Shown here: piece by piece, positions 7,761 through 19,200 of the stretch
Position numbering within the stretch: the stretch's first letter is position 1
Layout of the letters: each line of letters starts with the position of its first letter
Sequence record: ON529850.1
Direction: 5' to 3' (one strand)
DNA length: 64,000 nucleotides
The notes under the pieces: model-generated
The model's input: only the letters and a program-made list of their open reading frames with translations
What the model was told of the DNA's origin: nothing
Database searches by the model: none
Translations under genes and position numbers: made by a program

Positions 7761-10700
7761 CAGATCGGCTCCAGATCACCAAAGAGAGACCAGACGTTCG
7801 ACGCGATTTGCACCAGAGACGCGACGGAGTTCTTCCGACGCAGTCTCGGCTGCATATCGTCAGGATATTCCAGCGAGACCCCGCTCCCGGCCAAAACCGA
7901 GACCCGACCATCCCCGCCGCGTTGCAGCGAGAAGGACGCGCCGATCGGGAAAGGCACGAGGCTGTTCGGCGGGATCGTAATCGTCTTGTCGATCGAAGAC
8001 GTGATCTTCCGATATGCCCGCCGATCTTGAGCCGTGAGCACATAGTCCTGGTCGCCATCGCCTTGAAGCGTGACCTTCAGAAGGTCCACCAGGGCGAGGG
8101 TGTCCACGTCGTCAGACGTCGCCAGACGCCGCCATCCTTGCACGTAAGGCGGGGCCAACACGACGATCAGTCCATCTCCACCATTTGGGGCGGGACCGGT
8201 CACATTCTCGGTCGGATACCCCACGCCGATGTTGGCTTGGTAGTCCGCATCCGTCGTGCGCGGCGGCACAAGACGATCGCCCGCCTCAGTGACGCCGGTG
8301 ACGCCGGCGGCCAGGTTCAAATACCCCGAGCCGCCGCCGCCGGGCTGCCCATCGCCGCCGCCGCCGCCGCCGCCGTAATACCCGCCGCCGCCGCCGCCTC
8401 CATCGTCCGACGAGCTCGTAAAGCGATCCACAGCGGCGGTCCCTTGAGCACCTTGGAGATAGCCGCCACGCTTCGGCGCACTGCCGGTATCGTTACCGTC
8501 ATAACCCCCAGCAAACTGAGTTCCTCCGGTCCCGCCGTTCGTCGTCGAGCTCGATTGACCCGAAGAGCCGCCGCCGGCGCCGGCATCGGTAGACGTATAT
8601 CCCGAACCGCCGCCGCCGCCGCCTGCGACCGCCATGAGGACGCCATTACGCCACACGCGCGCCGAGCCGCCGCCGCCGCCACAAGCCGTATCACCCAAAC
8701 CGCCGAAACCACCATCGGGCCAACCGCCGGCGCCGCCGTAGTTCGAGCGGAATCCACCTTGACCGCCGGACGGAACATCCAGTTCGATCAGGTCGCCTTC
8801 GTTTACGGCAAAGGTCGCTTGCGTGAACCCGCCCGCCGCCGGATTACCGCCCGTGGAATAACGCCCCGTGCCGCCGCCGCCACCCCACAGCTTGAACGTC
8901 AGGGAGCTGATCTGTGGCCCGACGACGAACGATTGCCGAGCCCCCGTCGCCGCATAGGGCGTCGGGGCCGTCGCTCCGGCAGGCACCATGGTCGAGACCC
9001 AGGCGTTACCAGCGCTGTCGCGTTGTTGATAAACCTTACCCAACGGCGCCGTCGCCGTAGGTTCACCCGTCCCCGAAAACTCCCCTTCGGCAGACTCAGG
9101 AGACCACGCCCCATCGCGATAGGTCAGCACCTGCCCGTTCGCAGGCGTCGGCGCCGTGACGTCGGTCAGGTCGTCCAGCGCAATATTGCCCGTATAGGGA
9201 CGCCAGCCCTCCTCAAAGGCCGCCGGGCCGTTGTCCAGCAGGATCGTCACATAGCCCGCTTCGGTCGCGCCCGTGAAGGACGCCTTGGGTGCAATCGACG
9301 TTCCCGCCGCCGCCGCCGCACTCGTCGCGACGTAGGTCCGGTTCCCGCCTCCGGTCGGAGCCACGCCGGACGACAAGGTCGTCCACGGCGCATCGGCCGT
9401 CAAAGTCGAGGAATTCGGCCGGGTAACGTAGAGGCCCAAACCCAAACCGTCATGCAGCGCGCGCGCCGTCAGAGGCGCGCGCGCCATACCGGAAGCCGAC
9501 GAAGTATAGGTAGTGTCATCCTCCCAGACGACCCCCCGGTAACCTTCAGCCCAGGTCGACATGCCGGCGATCTCGTAGATCACCAAGGCCCCGGCGATAA
9601 TTTGCCCACTTCCCGACACGAACGGAGTCTGAGACAAGGTCTCGGACGCCGCTGCCTGCTTATAGGCCACGGACGGACGCACACGCGTCGAACTCGACAC
9701 CGGCGAGCCAGGCAGCAGCGTCCAGCCCGCCCCGGCCGTCGCGAGAGATTGGTCGCACAGCAGCGCCACCAGCCAGTTCCCTTCCGTGGGAGCCGTCGAC
9801 AATGCCGCCGTAATCGGTTGAGCCGACGTGAGGGCGTTGTAGGCGTCAACCAAAACATGCTGCACAACCGTCGGCGCGGCGGCGACGGTAGGAACGTCCT
9901 TCAGGCTCTGCGAAATTTGGCCCGTGACTTCGTCGATATAGAGCGATCCCGACGGGCGCGGCGTGGTCGGGGCGCCTTGCCCCGAGCCGATCATGGCGTT
10001 GTCGAGGAACAGTCCGTCCGCCGAACCCGCCGGCAACGGTCGCCACTTGCCGGCCTGATAACGCAGGACATCGTTTTCACCCGGACCGCCGACCGGCATC
10101 TCGACATCGCCGATGTCCGCCATATAGACGGTGCCGCCGGACGACGCCGGAAGCTCCTTCGCCTTCCACACGCCGCCATCGTAGGTCAGGACATAGTCCT
10201 GAACCGGCGTGCCCAAGGTGACGTCAGTCAGATCGTCGAGCGCTTCCGGCGGATTGATTGCGTAGTCGCTCTCAATCACCTCCAGCTGAAGCCAGCTAGA
10301 GGTGAGAATCGAGTTGACCCCAGAGATGTTGCTATTGGCGTAGATTTCGAAATAGTCGCCAGGAACAACGCTGACGATGCGCGTCGTGACGTAAATTTCG
10401 TTGTTGGTGAACCCCAATGTATTTTGACGGGCCGTCGATCGTCCGGTTTTGATCGCAACACCGTTTCGGTGGATGGCCCCATAAACGGAACCCGTATTAC
10501 CGGTCAATGTGAAGGCGATATGCGCCGAAATCCTCACCTTGGTGATGCCAGCCGGGATCGTCAGGCGCGTCGCCGCACCGGTCGTGTAAAAACCATCCGT
10601 ATCCGCCGTCGCGGCCTGCCACGGCACGGTGGTCGGCCATGTCACGCTGGTCAGGTCGGTGGTCCGTTCGACCAACGCACCGCGCCAAGGCGCCGTCCAA

Positions 10701-13700
10701 TTGCTGGTATTCCCTGACCCCGTCGTCGGCGCAACAGAGCGCCATTGCCCTGAAACACGCGTTAGAACCTCGCCTTCCTGAGGAGTGGTGAGGAAACTGA
10801 CGTCCGTCAGATCGCCGAGGGAATCATGCCCGAATTCCAGCCCCGTTTCATCCGCCTTGACCCGAATCGGCTTGCGCGCCTGGCCGATATAGGACGGCGG
10901 CGCATCCGCCAAGTCGGTGAAGAAGAGGTCCAAGGGAGCGTGAAACTGGCGCGTCTGGTTGGGAGCCCAGCCCGTTTGACCCGTCACCGTCCAAGCGGTC
11001 GTCCAGGTCGAGCCATCGTCCGACCACTGCACCTTGAAGGCGCGCGGAGACCGGGTCGGATAGTCCTGCGACCCCTTGAGGTCCAGATAGCGCACTTCCA
11101 CCGGAGCCGGAAAGGCGTAGGCGATCCACTGACCGACCGGATTCCCGGCCGCCGAGAACCAGGCGCCGCCCGTCACGCCGTCAAACGCCCCTTCCGGACC
11201 CTGGCCCGAAGTGGAGGACGACGCAGACGGCGTGCCGCCCGTCGCCAGCTGCGGCCCCGTCTTGGTCTGTCGGAACCAGATGTCCTGGATACCGACCTGG
11301 TTGGCGTCGCCATCCGTTTGATCAATCAGCAAGCGCCAGTGAGCGTGTGACCCGTTGGAAGGAACACCCGCCCCCTGGGGGCTTTCATTGATCCACTGCC
11401 CAGCGCGGTAGACCAGAATCTGCCCAGCGACCGGCGTCGTCAGAGTGACGTCGGTCAAAGCGTCGAGGTTCCCCGCTGACGGGGTTTCATTCATCCAGAC
11501 GCCGCCCCGATAGGTCAGCACCTGGCCCGCGACGGGCACCGAAGTCCAAGGTCCGACATCGGGCAAGTCGCTCAAGGCAGGATGAGCCGAAGCGACCTTG
11601 ATCAGCCCAGAGAAGGCGTCAAACGCACCGTAGTTGAACGTCCCCGTTCGCGTGGAGCGCACCACCAGACGCACAGAACGCGTCAGAGGCGGCAAGACAT
11701 GGCTCACGTTACCCAGCTGCCACGTCGTCGTCGTCGTGTAGGCGGGCGACGCGCTGCTGGTGATCAGCGTGCCGACAGCGTCCAACGCTTCCAGCGCGAC
11801 GAGCGCGGTCGATCCGTCCGTGTTGACCCGCCCGTAGCGGAACGCAACCTCGACCGAACCCCGCCCGATGTCGATATAGTCCCACAACGCCGCGTCGAGC
11901 GCGATGGTCTGAGCCATCTCACAAGGTGACGTATTCTGAGTCGCGCGGAAAATCCGCGTCCCTGCAAACGGCGCGCCCAACGAGCCTGCGGACGTCTCCG
12001 ACGTGAAGGCCCCCGCCGTATTGGTCCACCCGGTCATACCGTCTTCGGCGCCCGGATTGACGATCAGTAGAGCGACCTGCTGTCGATCGGGGTCCAGCCC
12101 CGCCCCGGCGACGTCTTCCGGAGTCCACGACCCATCTCGGAAGACCAGCGCCTGTCCGTTGACCGGTGCCGCAGCCGCAACATCACTCAGGGCGTCCAGC
12201 GCAAGTTTACCCGGACGCCATTCAGCGGGATCGCCGACCGGCGAGTGATAGATGAGGACATCACCGGCCGCCACGCCGGTTTCATCCACATCGCTGAGCT
12301 CGCCCATGCGGGTCGCGCCGGCTGCCGGGGTCGCGTCAGCAACCCATTCACCGCCGACGAAGCGCAGGTAATCACCCGCCGTCGCCGGCGTGTCGGACAC
12401 GTCGCCCAGGTCCGCCAGATTGACCGGAATCGTCGGCTTGTCTTGCAGGTCGGTATAGCTGACCGGAGCGGGAACCTTGGCGATCCACTTGCCGCCCTCG
12501 AACGTCAGCAGATTGCCGGTGGCGGGCGCCGTCGTCGTCAGATCAACGTCGGTCAGATCATCCAGTGCGTTCGGGATCGTCGGGGGCGTGACAAACTCCA
12601 GCCCCGTCGCATCCGTGCGGACGCGAACCTGCTTGCCGCCATGCGTCGCATAGGTGTTCGGCGTGTCGTCCAGGTCCGTAAAGAGCTGAAGTCGACCCGG
12701 CTGCGTGTAAACCCGCGTCTCACCCTCGACCCATCCGGTCGAACCCGCCACTTCCCAGCCGTCAAACCAGGCGAGGCCGTCGTCGGAATATTGCACCTTG
12801 AAGGCTTCGGGGGTGTAGTTGGGAGCCCATCCCGTCACCGTGGACGCCGTCAGCGCCACTTCCTGCAAGGCGATCGGGGCCGCGTAGTGATAGCCGATCC
12901 AGGCGTCCGGCAGGTAGGCGGTCCAGACATCCCCGGACGTGCCGTCAAAGGCCCCGTTGATGTTGCCGCCCGTGCCGATCGCCGCACCGCCCGTCGCGGT
13001 TTGAGCGCCGCCAGGCGCGTCGCGCAGGCTCACTTCAGCGACGATGACCGTCGTCGTGCCCGGATAGGCTCCCGTATCCTGGACAAGGATACGCCAGTAG
13101 GCGTGTTGTCCCAGATCGTGAACACCATCCAGGGGACGCCAGACGCCGCCGCGTCGGCCGAGGATCATGCCATCAGCCTGTCCGGCCGTATCGACATCGG
13201 TCAGGTCATTCAGCGCCATCTCGGGCGTGACGGTCGACGCCGGGTCCTTCGGCTGCCAGATTCCGTCCTTGAACGTCAGGACCTGGTCTTCAGCTGGCGG
13301 CGCCGTGAACTGAACATCAGTCAGCTCTTCCAGCGACGTCGCCGGGATCGGCAGCTCGACATATTCCAGGCGAACGCCGTCCTCATCGACGCGAACGAAC
13401 TTGCCGGGATGCGCCGACATGGCGCCTGGCGAATCCGACAGCATCGCGAACGCCAGCTTGGCGCGCGCCGGTTCCGTATCGACCGTTTCCCCCGCGTTCC
13501 AGCCGAAGGCGCGCGTCTCGCTCCAGGCGGTGATCCAGGTCAACCCCCCGTCGTCGGAGAACTGCATCGCCCAGGTGATCGGCAGCTGTCGAACAGCGCC
13601 GAACGTCAGGGAGACGGCGTTAACCTCTTGCGGCTCGGCGAAGGTGTAGCGCAGCCAGGACTGATCCGCCCCATCCGCGCCCGTCCGCCAGAAGGTCGCA

Positions 13701-15742
13701 GGGTCGCCATCGAACGCCTTATCAGCGTCGAAAGCCGCACCCGCATTGGCGTTGGCGGACGGCGTGCCACCCACCGCCAGCTGCGGCAATCCTGCTCCGG
13801 CCCGCAGAACAAATTCCGCGATCTCCAGAGCCGGGGTATCCGCCGTGCGGAAGAACAGACGCCAATCGCGATGTTCGCCAAAGCGCAGACCGTCACCAGA
13901 CGGAACCTGGACGGGGGCGTGAATCCACTTGCCGTCCCAATAGGTCAGGACTTCCCCGTTCGCCAGCGTGCCTTCAGACAGATCGACGTCGGTCAGATCG
14001 TCCAGAGCCTGGGGGATGGGCGTCGCGTTCGCCGGCTTGGCGACCCAGAATCCGCCCTGGAAGGTCAGGACGTCGTTTTCTTCCGGGACCTTGAGCGTGA
14101 AGTTGACGTCCGTCAGCTCGGACAGCGCCGTCGCACCGACGCCGCCTCCGCCGGACGGCGTCTCAGGACGCCACCAACCGTCACGGAACGTGAGGACCTG
14201 CCCTGCCGATGGGTCCGGTGCGTCAACGTCAGTGATCTGGTCCAGGCTGTAGGGGCCGCCGCCACCGCCGCCGCCCGTCGGCGCGGGTACGAAGATCAGG
14301 CCGGTGCCCTGGGCATTGACCGCGACGAACTTGTTCTGAGAATTTTGGTAATTGGCCGGCGTGTCGGACAGGCCGATGAACGCCATGTCCACGGCGTTGA
14401 CAGCAAAATCCAGGCCGTTTTCAGCGTCGTTGACACGCACGAACTTGCCGCCCTGGCCCGTGAAGCTAGGCACGCCAGCCAGTTCGGTCAAAGCGGGCTT
14501 GACGTATTCCAATCCCGAATTAGTGGCGTTGACGCGCAGATAAAGCCCGCGTTGAGCCGCCGCCATCGGTCCAGGGCCGTCCGCCAGCTCTTCGACTTTA
14601 AGCGATCCGAAGATGACGCCGCTTTGCGTCGCGTTGACCTTCAGAATTTTGTTGGCGGCGCCGGTGAAGCTGTTGGGGGTGTCCGACAGCTCCGTCAGCT
14701 TCAACTCGGAGAAAATCAGTCGATCTTCATCCTGCCCCACCCGCACCAGCTTGCCCTTGTGCCCGGTGAAGTTCGAAGGCGTATCGTGCAGTTCGGTGAA
14801 GTTGACCGGTCCGCCCGTGCCCGTGACGTATTCCAAGGCGGTGCCGGCCGCGTTTACCCGGACGTAGAGCAGCGCTTCGTTGATCGTCGGGGCGCCCGGT
14901 CCATCCGTCAGGTCGCCCACGACCGGATTGCTGAAAATCACCCCATCGGCCGTCGCGTTGACGCGGAGCATCTTGTTCGCGTGCGTGTTGTAGGAGCTCG
15001 GGAAGTCCGAGTTCTCCCGCAGATACGGCCGGGCGAACGTCAGTCCGGTTCCAGCCGCATTGACGACGACGTGTCGATTGGCCGCCGAGGCATAGGAGGT
15101 CGGCGTGTCGTCCAGGTCGATGAACGAGTTGATGTTGGCGGCGGAGGTGATGAACTCCAGCCGGTTGCCGGCGGCGTTGACCGCAACGAGTTTCCCCGCA
15201 TTCCCGCCCAGCGACGAGGGCGTATCGCTGAGCTGCGTGAAGGCGGCCGTCCAGGTCCAGGGCTTCCACTGAGCCGCCGTGGCGTCGTATCGCAGCAGCT
15301 GCCCGTCAACCGGCAGCCCGTCCACATCCGACAGATCGCGCAACAGCCCCATGCCGGAAATCGGGTCCGGCACGACGAAGCGCACGTTCGTTCCGTCCGC
15401 CACCACCAGGCCGATGCGATTCGCGGGAAGTTCGGCCGTCAGTCCCGACGCGCCCATGACCTTGAACACGATCGGGGCTGCGCCCCGGTTTTCAACCGCG
15501 AACCAACGCGGCGTCGCCGGGATCGTGACCTGACGCGCGACCGCATGACCGGTAAACTGATGCAGGAAGTATTTGGTGAACTGATCCGTGTTCAGCGTCA
15601 CATCGCCCGACGCCAGAGACAGGACCAGCGTGTCGTTCGCCGACGCCTCCAGGATCGCGATCGCCGTATTGATCGTGGCTTCCTTCTGCTCCTGGTTTGA
15701 ACCAACCTGGGGCAGGTGAAGGATGGAGGTGTAATCAGTCAT
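7760..15742 (-). CDS. Giant modular tail fibre (2660 aa)
   Basis: N-terminal anchor domain paralogous to 15772-16140; many L..L.DV and F..L.DTP..Y repeats; three discoidin/F5-8-like domains (H..WR...SDDG..W); one glycine-rich module. Confidence 0.85.
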   Translation of the reverse strand: MTDYTSILHLPQVGSNQEQKEATINTAIAILEASANDTLVLSLASGDVTLNTDQFTKYFLHQFTGHAVARQVTIPATPRWFAVENRGAAPIVFKVMGASGLTAELPANRIGLVVADGTNVRFVVPDPISGMGLLRDLSDVDGLPVDGQLLRYDATAAQWKPWTWTAAFTQLSDTPSSLGGNAGKLVAVNAAGNRLEFITSAANINSFIDLDDTPTSYASAANRHVVVNAAGTGLTFARPYLRENSDFPSSYNTHANKMLRVNATADGVIFSNPVVGDLTDGPGAPTINEALLYVRVNAAGTALEYVTGTGGPVNFTELHDTPSNFTGHKGKLVRVGQDEDRLIFSELKLTELSDTPNSFTGAANKILKVNATQSGVIFGSLKVEELADGPGPMAAAQRGLYLRVNATNSGLEYVKPALTELAGVPSFTGQGGKFVRVNDAENGLDFAVNAVDMAFIGLSDTPANYQNSQNKFVAVNAQGTGLIFVPAPTGGGGGGGPYSLDQITDVDAPDPSAGQVLTFRDGWWRPETPSGGGGVGATALSELTDVNFTLKVPEENDVLTFQGGFWVAKPANATPIPQALDDLTDVDLSEGTLANGEVLTYWDGKWIHAPVQVPSGDGLRFGEHRDWRLFFRTADTPALEIAEFVLRAGAGLPQLAVGGTPSANANAGAAFDADKAFDGDPATFWRTGADGADQSWLRYTFAEPQEVNAVSLTFGAVRQLPITWAMQFSDDGGLTWITAWSETRAFGWNAGETVDTEPARAKLAFAMLSDSPGAMSAHPGKFVRVDEDGVRLEYVELPIPATSLEELTDVQFTAPPAEDQVLTFKDGIWQPKDPASTVTPEMALNDLTDVDTAGQADGMILGRRGGVWRPLDGVHDLGQHAYWRILVQDTGAYPGTTTVIVAEVSLRDAPGGAQTATGGAAIGTGGNINGAFDGTSGDVWTAYLPDAWIGYHYAAPIALQEVALTASTVTGWAPNYTPEAFKVQYSDDGLAWFDGWEVAGSTGWVEGETRVYTQPGRLQLFTDLDDTPNTYATHGGKQVRVRTDATGLEFVTPPTIPNALDDLTDVDLTTTAPATGNLLTFEGGKWIAKVPAPVSYTDLQDKPTIPVNLADLGDVSDTPATAGDYLRFVGGEWVADATPAAGATRMGELSDVDETGVAAGDVLIYHSPVGDPAEWRPGKLALDALSDVAAAAPVNGQALVFRDGSWTPEDVAGAGLDPDRQQVALLIVNPGAEDGMTGWTNTAGAFTSETSAGSLGAPFAGTRIFRATQNTSPCEMAQTIALDAALWDYIDIGRGSVEVAFRYGRVNTDGSTALVALEALDAVGTLITSSASPAYTTTTTWQLGNVSHVLPPLTRSVRLVVRSTRTGTFNYGAFDAFSGLIKVASAHPALSDLPDVGPWTSVPVAGQVLTYRGGVWMNETPSAGNLDALTDVTLTTPVAGQILVYRAGQWINESPQGAGVPSNGSHAHWRLLIDQTDGDANQVGIQDIWFRQTKTGPQLATGGTPSASSSTSGQGPEGAFDGVTGGAWFSAAGNPVGQWIAYAFPAPVEVRYLDLKGSQDYPTRSPRAFKVQWSDDGSTWTTAWTVTGQTGWAPNQTRQFHAPLDLFFTDLADAPPSYIGQARKPIRVKADETGLEFGHDSLGDLTDVSFLTTPQEGEVLTRVSGQWRSVAPTTGSGNTSNWTAPWRGALVERTTDLTSVTWPTTVPWQAATADTDGFYTTGAATRLTIPAGITKVRISAHIAFTLTGNTGSVYGAIHRNGVAIKTGRSTARQNTLGFTNNEIYVTTRIVSVVPGDYFEIYANSNISGVNSILTSSWLQLEVIESDYAINPPEALDDLTDVTLGTPVQDYVLTYDGGVWKAKELPASSGGTVYMADIGDVEMPVGGPGENDVLRYQAGKWRPLPAGSADGLFLDNAMIGSGQGAPTTPRPSGSLYIDEVTGQISQSLKDVPTVAAAPTVVQHVLVDAYNALTSAQPITAALSTAPTEGNWLVALLCDQSLATAGAGWTLLPGSPVSSSTRVRPSVAYKQAAASETLSQTPFVSGSGQIIAGALVIYEIAGMSTWAEGYRGVVWEDDTTYTSSASGMARAPLTARALHDGLGLGLYVTRPNSSTLTADAPWTTLSSGVAPTGGGNRTYVATSAAAAAGTSIAPKASFTGATEAGYVTILLDNGPAAFEEGWRPYTGNIALDDLTDVTAPTPANGQVLTYRDGAWSPESAEGEFSGTGEPTATAPLGKVYQQRDSAGNAWVSTMVPAGATAPTPYAATGARQSFVVGPQISSLTFKLWGGGGGTGRYSTGGNPAAGGFTQATFAVNEGDLIELDVPSGGQGGFRSNYGGAGGWPDGGFGGLGDTACGGGGGSARVWRNGVLMAVAGGGGGGSGYTSTDAGAGGGSSGQSSSTTNGGTGGTQFAGGYDGNDTGSAPKRGGYLQGAQGTAAVDRFTSSSDDGGGGGGGYYGGGGGGGDGQPGGGGSGYLNLAAGVTGVTEAGDRLVPPRTTDADYQANIGVGYPTENVTGPAPNGGDGLIVVLAPPYVQGWRRLATSDDVDTLALVDLLKVTLQGDGDQDYVLTAQDRRAYRKITSSIDKTITIPPNSLVPFPIGASFSLQRGGDGRVSVLAGSGVSLEYPDDMQPRLRRKNSVASLVQIASNVWSLFGDLEPI

Positions 15743-15771
15743 GCAGGGGCGCCAAGGTCAGGGCGTGAAGA

Positions 15772-16140
15772 TCAAGCGGTCAGGAGAAAGACGTCGGCGC
15801 CGTCGCTGATAATCAGCCGACGATCACCGGCCGCCAGGACGACGCTGGCTCCCGTCGGGGAGCTGCGCAGCGTCAGGTTCGCGGAGCCTTCATTGGAGGC
15901 GGCGAAGAAACGAGCGGTCGCCGGCAGGGTGATCACGGCAGCGGCGGGCTGCCCGCTGAACCGAAGGTGAAACGCGCGGGTGAACTGCGCCTTCGTCAGC
16001 GTTCGGTCGCCCGTCAACGTAATCGCAAGCGCCGTATTTGACGCCTGCTCCAAAATCGAGACCGCCGTATTGATCGTCGATTCTTTTTGGTTCTGATTGG
16101 GGCTTACCTGGGGAATGTCCAGGATCGGGGTGTTCGCCAT
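15772..16140 (-). CDS. Tail fibre anchor-like protein (DUF2793-like)
   Basis: PQV..NQ.QKE.TINTA..ILE is shared with the N-terminus of the 2660-aa fibre. Confidence 0.7.
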   Translation of the reverse strand: MANTPILDIPQVSPNQNQKESTINTAVSILEQASNTALAITLTGDRTLTKAQFTRAFHLRFSGQPAAAVITLPATARFFAASNEGSANLTLRSSPTGASVVLAAGDRRLIISDGADVFLLTA

Positions 16141-16206
16141 CGTTTAACCATGGCGCAGCCAGCCGTCCGCAGGGGACGGCCTTTCGCGCGTCGTTCAAAG
16201 GGGGAT

Positions 16207-19200
16207 TTAGAAGTCCTGCCAGGACTCGATCGAGCGCACGGCCGGGAAGCCGCGACCAACCGCCGTGGAATGTTGATAAATCAGAACATGGAGGGTGTCA
16301 AGATTTACATCGAAAGGCGCCGTGAATTCCGTCGTTTCCAGGATGATTTCCGGCTGAGCGGTTTCCGTCCGGAACAGGATGTCGCTATCGAGCGGCGCAT
16401 CGTCGCTGCGTGACAGATCGCCCAGGAACGGCGTCTTGAGGATGTAGACCTCATACCATTCGCGACCTTCATTCAGCGGGACAGAGCCCGTGCCGTCCTG
16501 CATGTTCCCACCCATGCGCGTGCGACGCTTCCAGGACAGGGTGACGACGGTCCCCGCGACACTACGCCGAATGTCCTTGGGGGCATAGGGCATCAGGTCT
16601 CGCGGCTCATAGTAGACCTGGGTCGCCGGCGAGAAATCTGGGCTGATCCCATCCGCCACCGCTCGGAACCATCGCGATCGGCCCCGCTGATCCAGCGATT
16701 CCGCGTCCCCCTCAAAGGTCGACGACGACAGGAAGACGAACATCTCCGCCGTCTGGTGAGTTGAGCAGGCGTATTCCGTCCCGCGCCGGCCGCGCAGGAG
16801 GTTCCAGATCGTCCACGACCCATCATTGTTCTGCACGCAGTCACGGAACTGGATCAGTTCCGCACCGACGGCGCACAGGTTCTGTCCGGCCCACAGCTCA
16901 TCATCCGTGATCGATTCCAGCTCGAACCAGTCGATCACCGGCCACACCGTAATCCGGGTCTCCCAGTCCAATCCGAACGCCCCATGGCGCGGGGGCGGCA
17001 CGACGCCGGATACAGACGCCCATTCGACGTCCTGATCCGTGATGTAGAGCATCTCGTAAGAGGCGTTGTCGGTGGAGCGATACATCGACGCCCCATCGAA
17101 CGGAACCAGTCCACCATGAGCGACTGCGGTGTAGTAGAGAGAATAGGCTCCCCCCGTATCGTCCTGGTCGCGCAGCAGCGGTGTGTTGAGCACGACCGCC
17201 TTGGCAGCGCGCGGCGGGATGTAGGGCGGCGGCGGCGGACCTCCGGACCCGCCGTCGGCCTTGGCGTCGCTTTCATAGGCGATGGAATCCTGAGTGATGC
17301 TCTCCAGCCTCAACGCCCAGTTGGCGCCGAACTCCATCTGCTGCACCCGTTCACGATAGCGGCGGCCGTCATCGAACCGGACATCGACAATGTCGGCGGG
17401 GTCCAGATCGATATAGGCCCACGGCACGGTGGTTTCGTGCTCCGTGCGTTCCGCCCATTGCGACCACAGGATTTTGTTGACCTGGTCCTTCGCCTCCTTG
17501 GCGGTCATGACCACGCCGATTTCCATCGCCACCTGCTGGAGCGAGAACATGGTCGGGGACGGCGCCGTAATGCGCTTGGTCAAGGCGGTCGAGGTTTCAA
17601 AATCCTTGTCCCAGTTCATGTAGGACAACGACACCCGGCGCGGCAGGTCCGCATCCTGGATGCGGCTTTCCTTCCAGTAGTCGGTCCCCGTGCCATCGCC
17701 GTTGGAGCCCAGGAGACGACTCGTGATCCGGCGCACCGGTTGTCCGATTTGAATTTCATTCGAACCCGACGACCTCATGACTCCCACCAGTTTTCCGTCA
17801 CGCTCAACCAGGTCGAACATGTAGAGCATCCGCAACTGCGCCAGGACGCCGCGAACGTCGGAGAAGTTCGCCCAGCCGTAGCCGCGAATCGGCTGCGCCT
17901 TCAGGGCGGTCACGTCAAAGTCCTGCGGCCCCAGCCCCGAGCGCGACAGCAGGATCGTCACCAATCCCGCCAAGGTGGTAGTTTCATCCTTGACCAGAAC
18001 ACCGCGTCGGATGATGCGGAAACCTCCACCGGTCCCCACGCCGTAAAGGATAATCTGCTCGTTCGCTGGGTCAGAATATTGCGACGTCGTGGTGGAAAAT
18101 CCGCTCACGACCTTACCGTCCTGATCATAGATCACCTCACCCGTATAGGGGGCGTTGGCGACGGCGCTGTCGATGACCGATTGCGGAACCGAATCCGTGT
18201 CCAGCATGCCCATGAACGGGTCGAACGAATCTCGCAGGTATTCGCCCGTCGCCGCGTTCATTCGATACAGGCGGCTGCTGCTGATCCACCAGAACTCTCC
18301 TCGGCTCAATACCGAAGAATGCACATAGCCGACCGCAGCCGAGAACCCACCTCGCTGCCAAACCCATCGCGATTCGGAGGGCCGATATTTGCCCATGTAG
18401 TATCGAATGTTGTCGCGCCAGACCAACAGCAACCCCTGATCCGTCGGATCGTAGTGGCACTGCAACACCGAAAAACCGACGACCCCGCCCGTGTTCAAAA
18501 TGCGGGTCACTTCGGAGGTCGTCCATCCAGATTCTGCCGCCTCCATCTTCCGCAGCACCAGGGCATTCACAACGCCTCCAGACGCATTGGCCCCGTCGAA
18601 CACGTAGAAGGTCGCGTTCTCCGCGCCGGTCACACCGACGAAAGCGGTCGAGCCGTAGAACCCCGCACTCTGGCTGCCTAGTTCAACAAGACCCCCCAAG
18701 CCGAAAGGCTGGGTTCGAAACACATAATAGTCCCCAAAAACAGATTGGTAGAAACACCACTCCACACCGTTACGATCAACACTGAAAGCACCTTGATAGG
18801 CTCCCGCCGGAAACTCAGTAAGCGAGCTGGACGACCGACCGAATGACCCCACCATGTTCCAAGAAATCGGCTCGTAAAGATGGAAGGGTCTGGAGTTTCC
18901 TCCCTGACCTTGCACAACAATATTGCCCGTCGTGGGCGAAATCCCGTAAACCGCACTAACCGCTTTGGAAGTATGGAGACTACGATCTTCTTCCTTTCCA
19001 CTGGACGGCCGCAAGATCGTCAGACCGTTATAAGTCAAACCCACGGCGACCATATCCATGTCGCCGTTGTAGGCGACTTCATCGGTCTGGTAGCTGGTAG
19101 CCTGTTGGAAATCCAACCGCGTCATGCGCCCGACAGAGGCGCCTTCGCCATCACCGACTGCATAGAGCTCGACACTGATCTGTGGGATCGAGTTGCCGAA

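Noticed and set aside
7760-15742. CRISPR array or diversity-generating retroelement suggested by repeats in the fibre genes
   Set aside because: Repeats are degenerate, in-frame protein repeats with no constant spacer period; no reverse transcriptase, cas gene or adenine-specific TR/VR pair was seen in the window.
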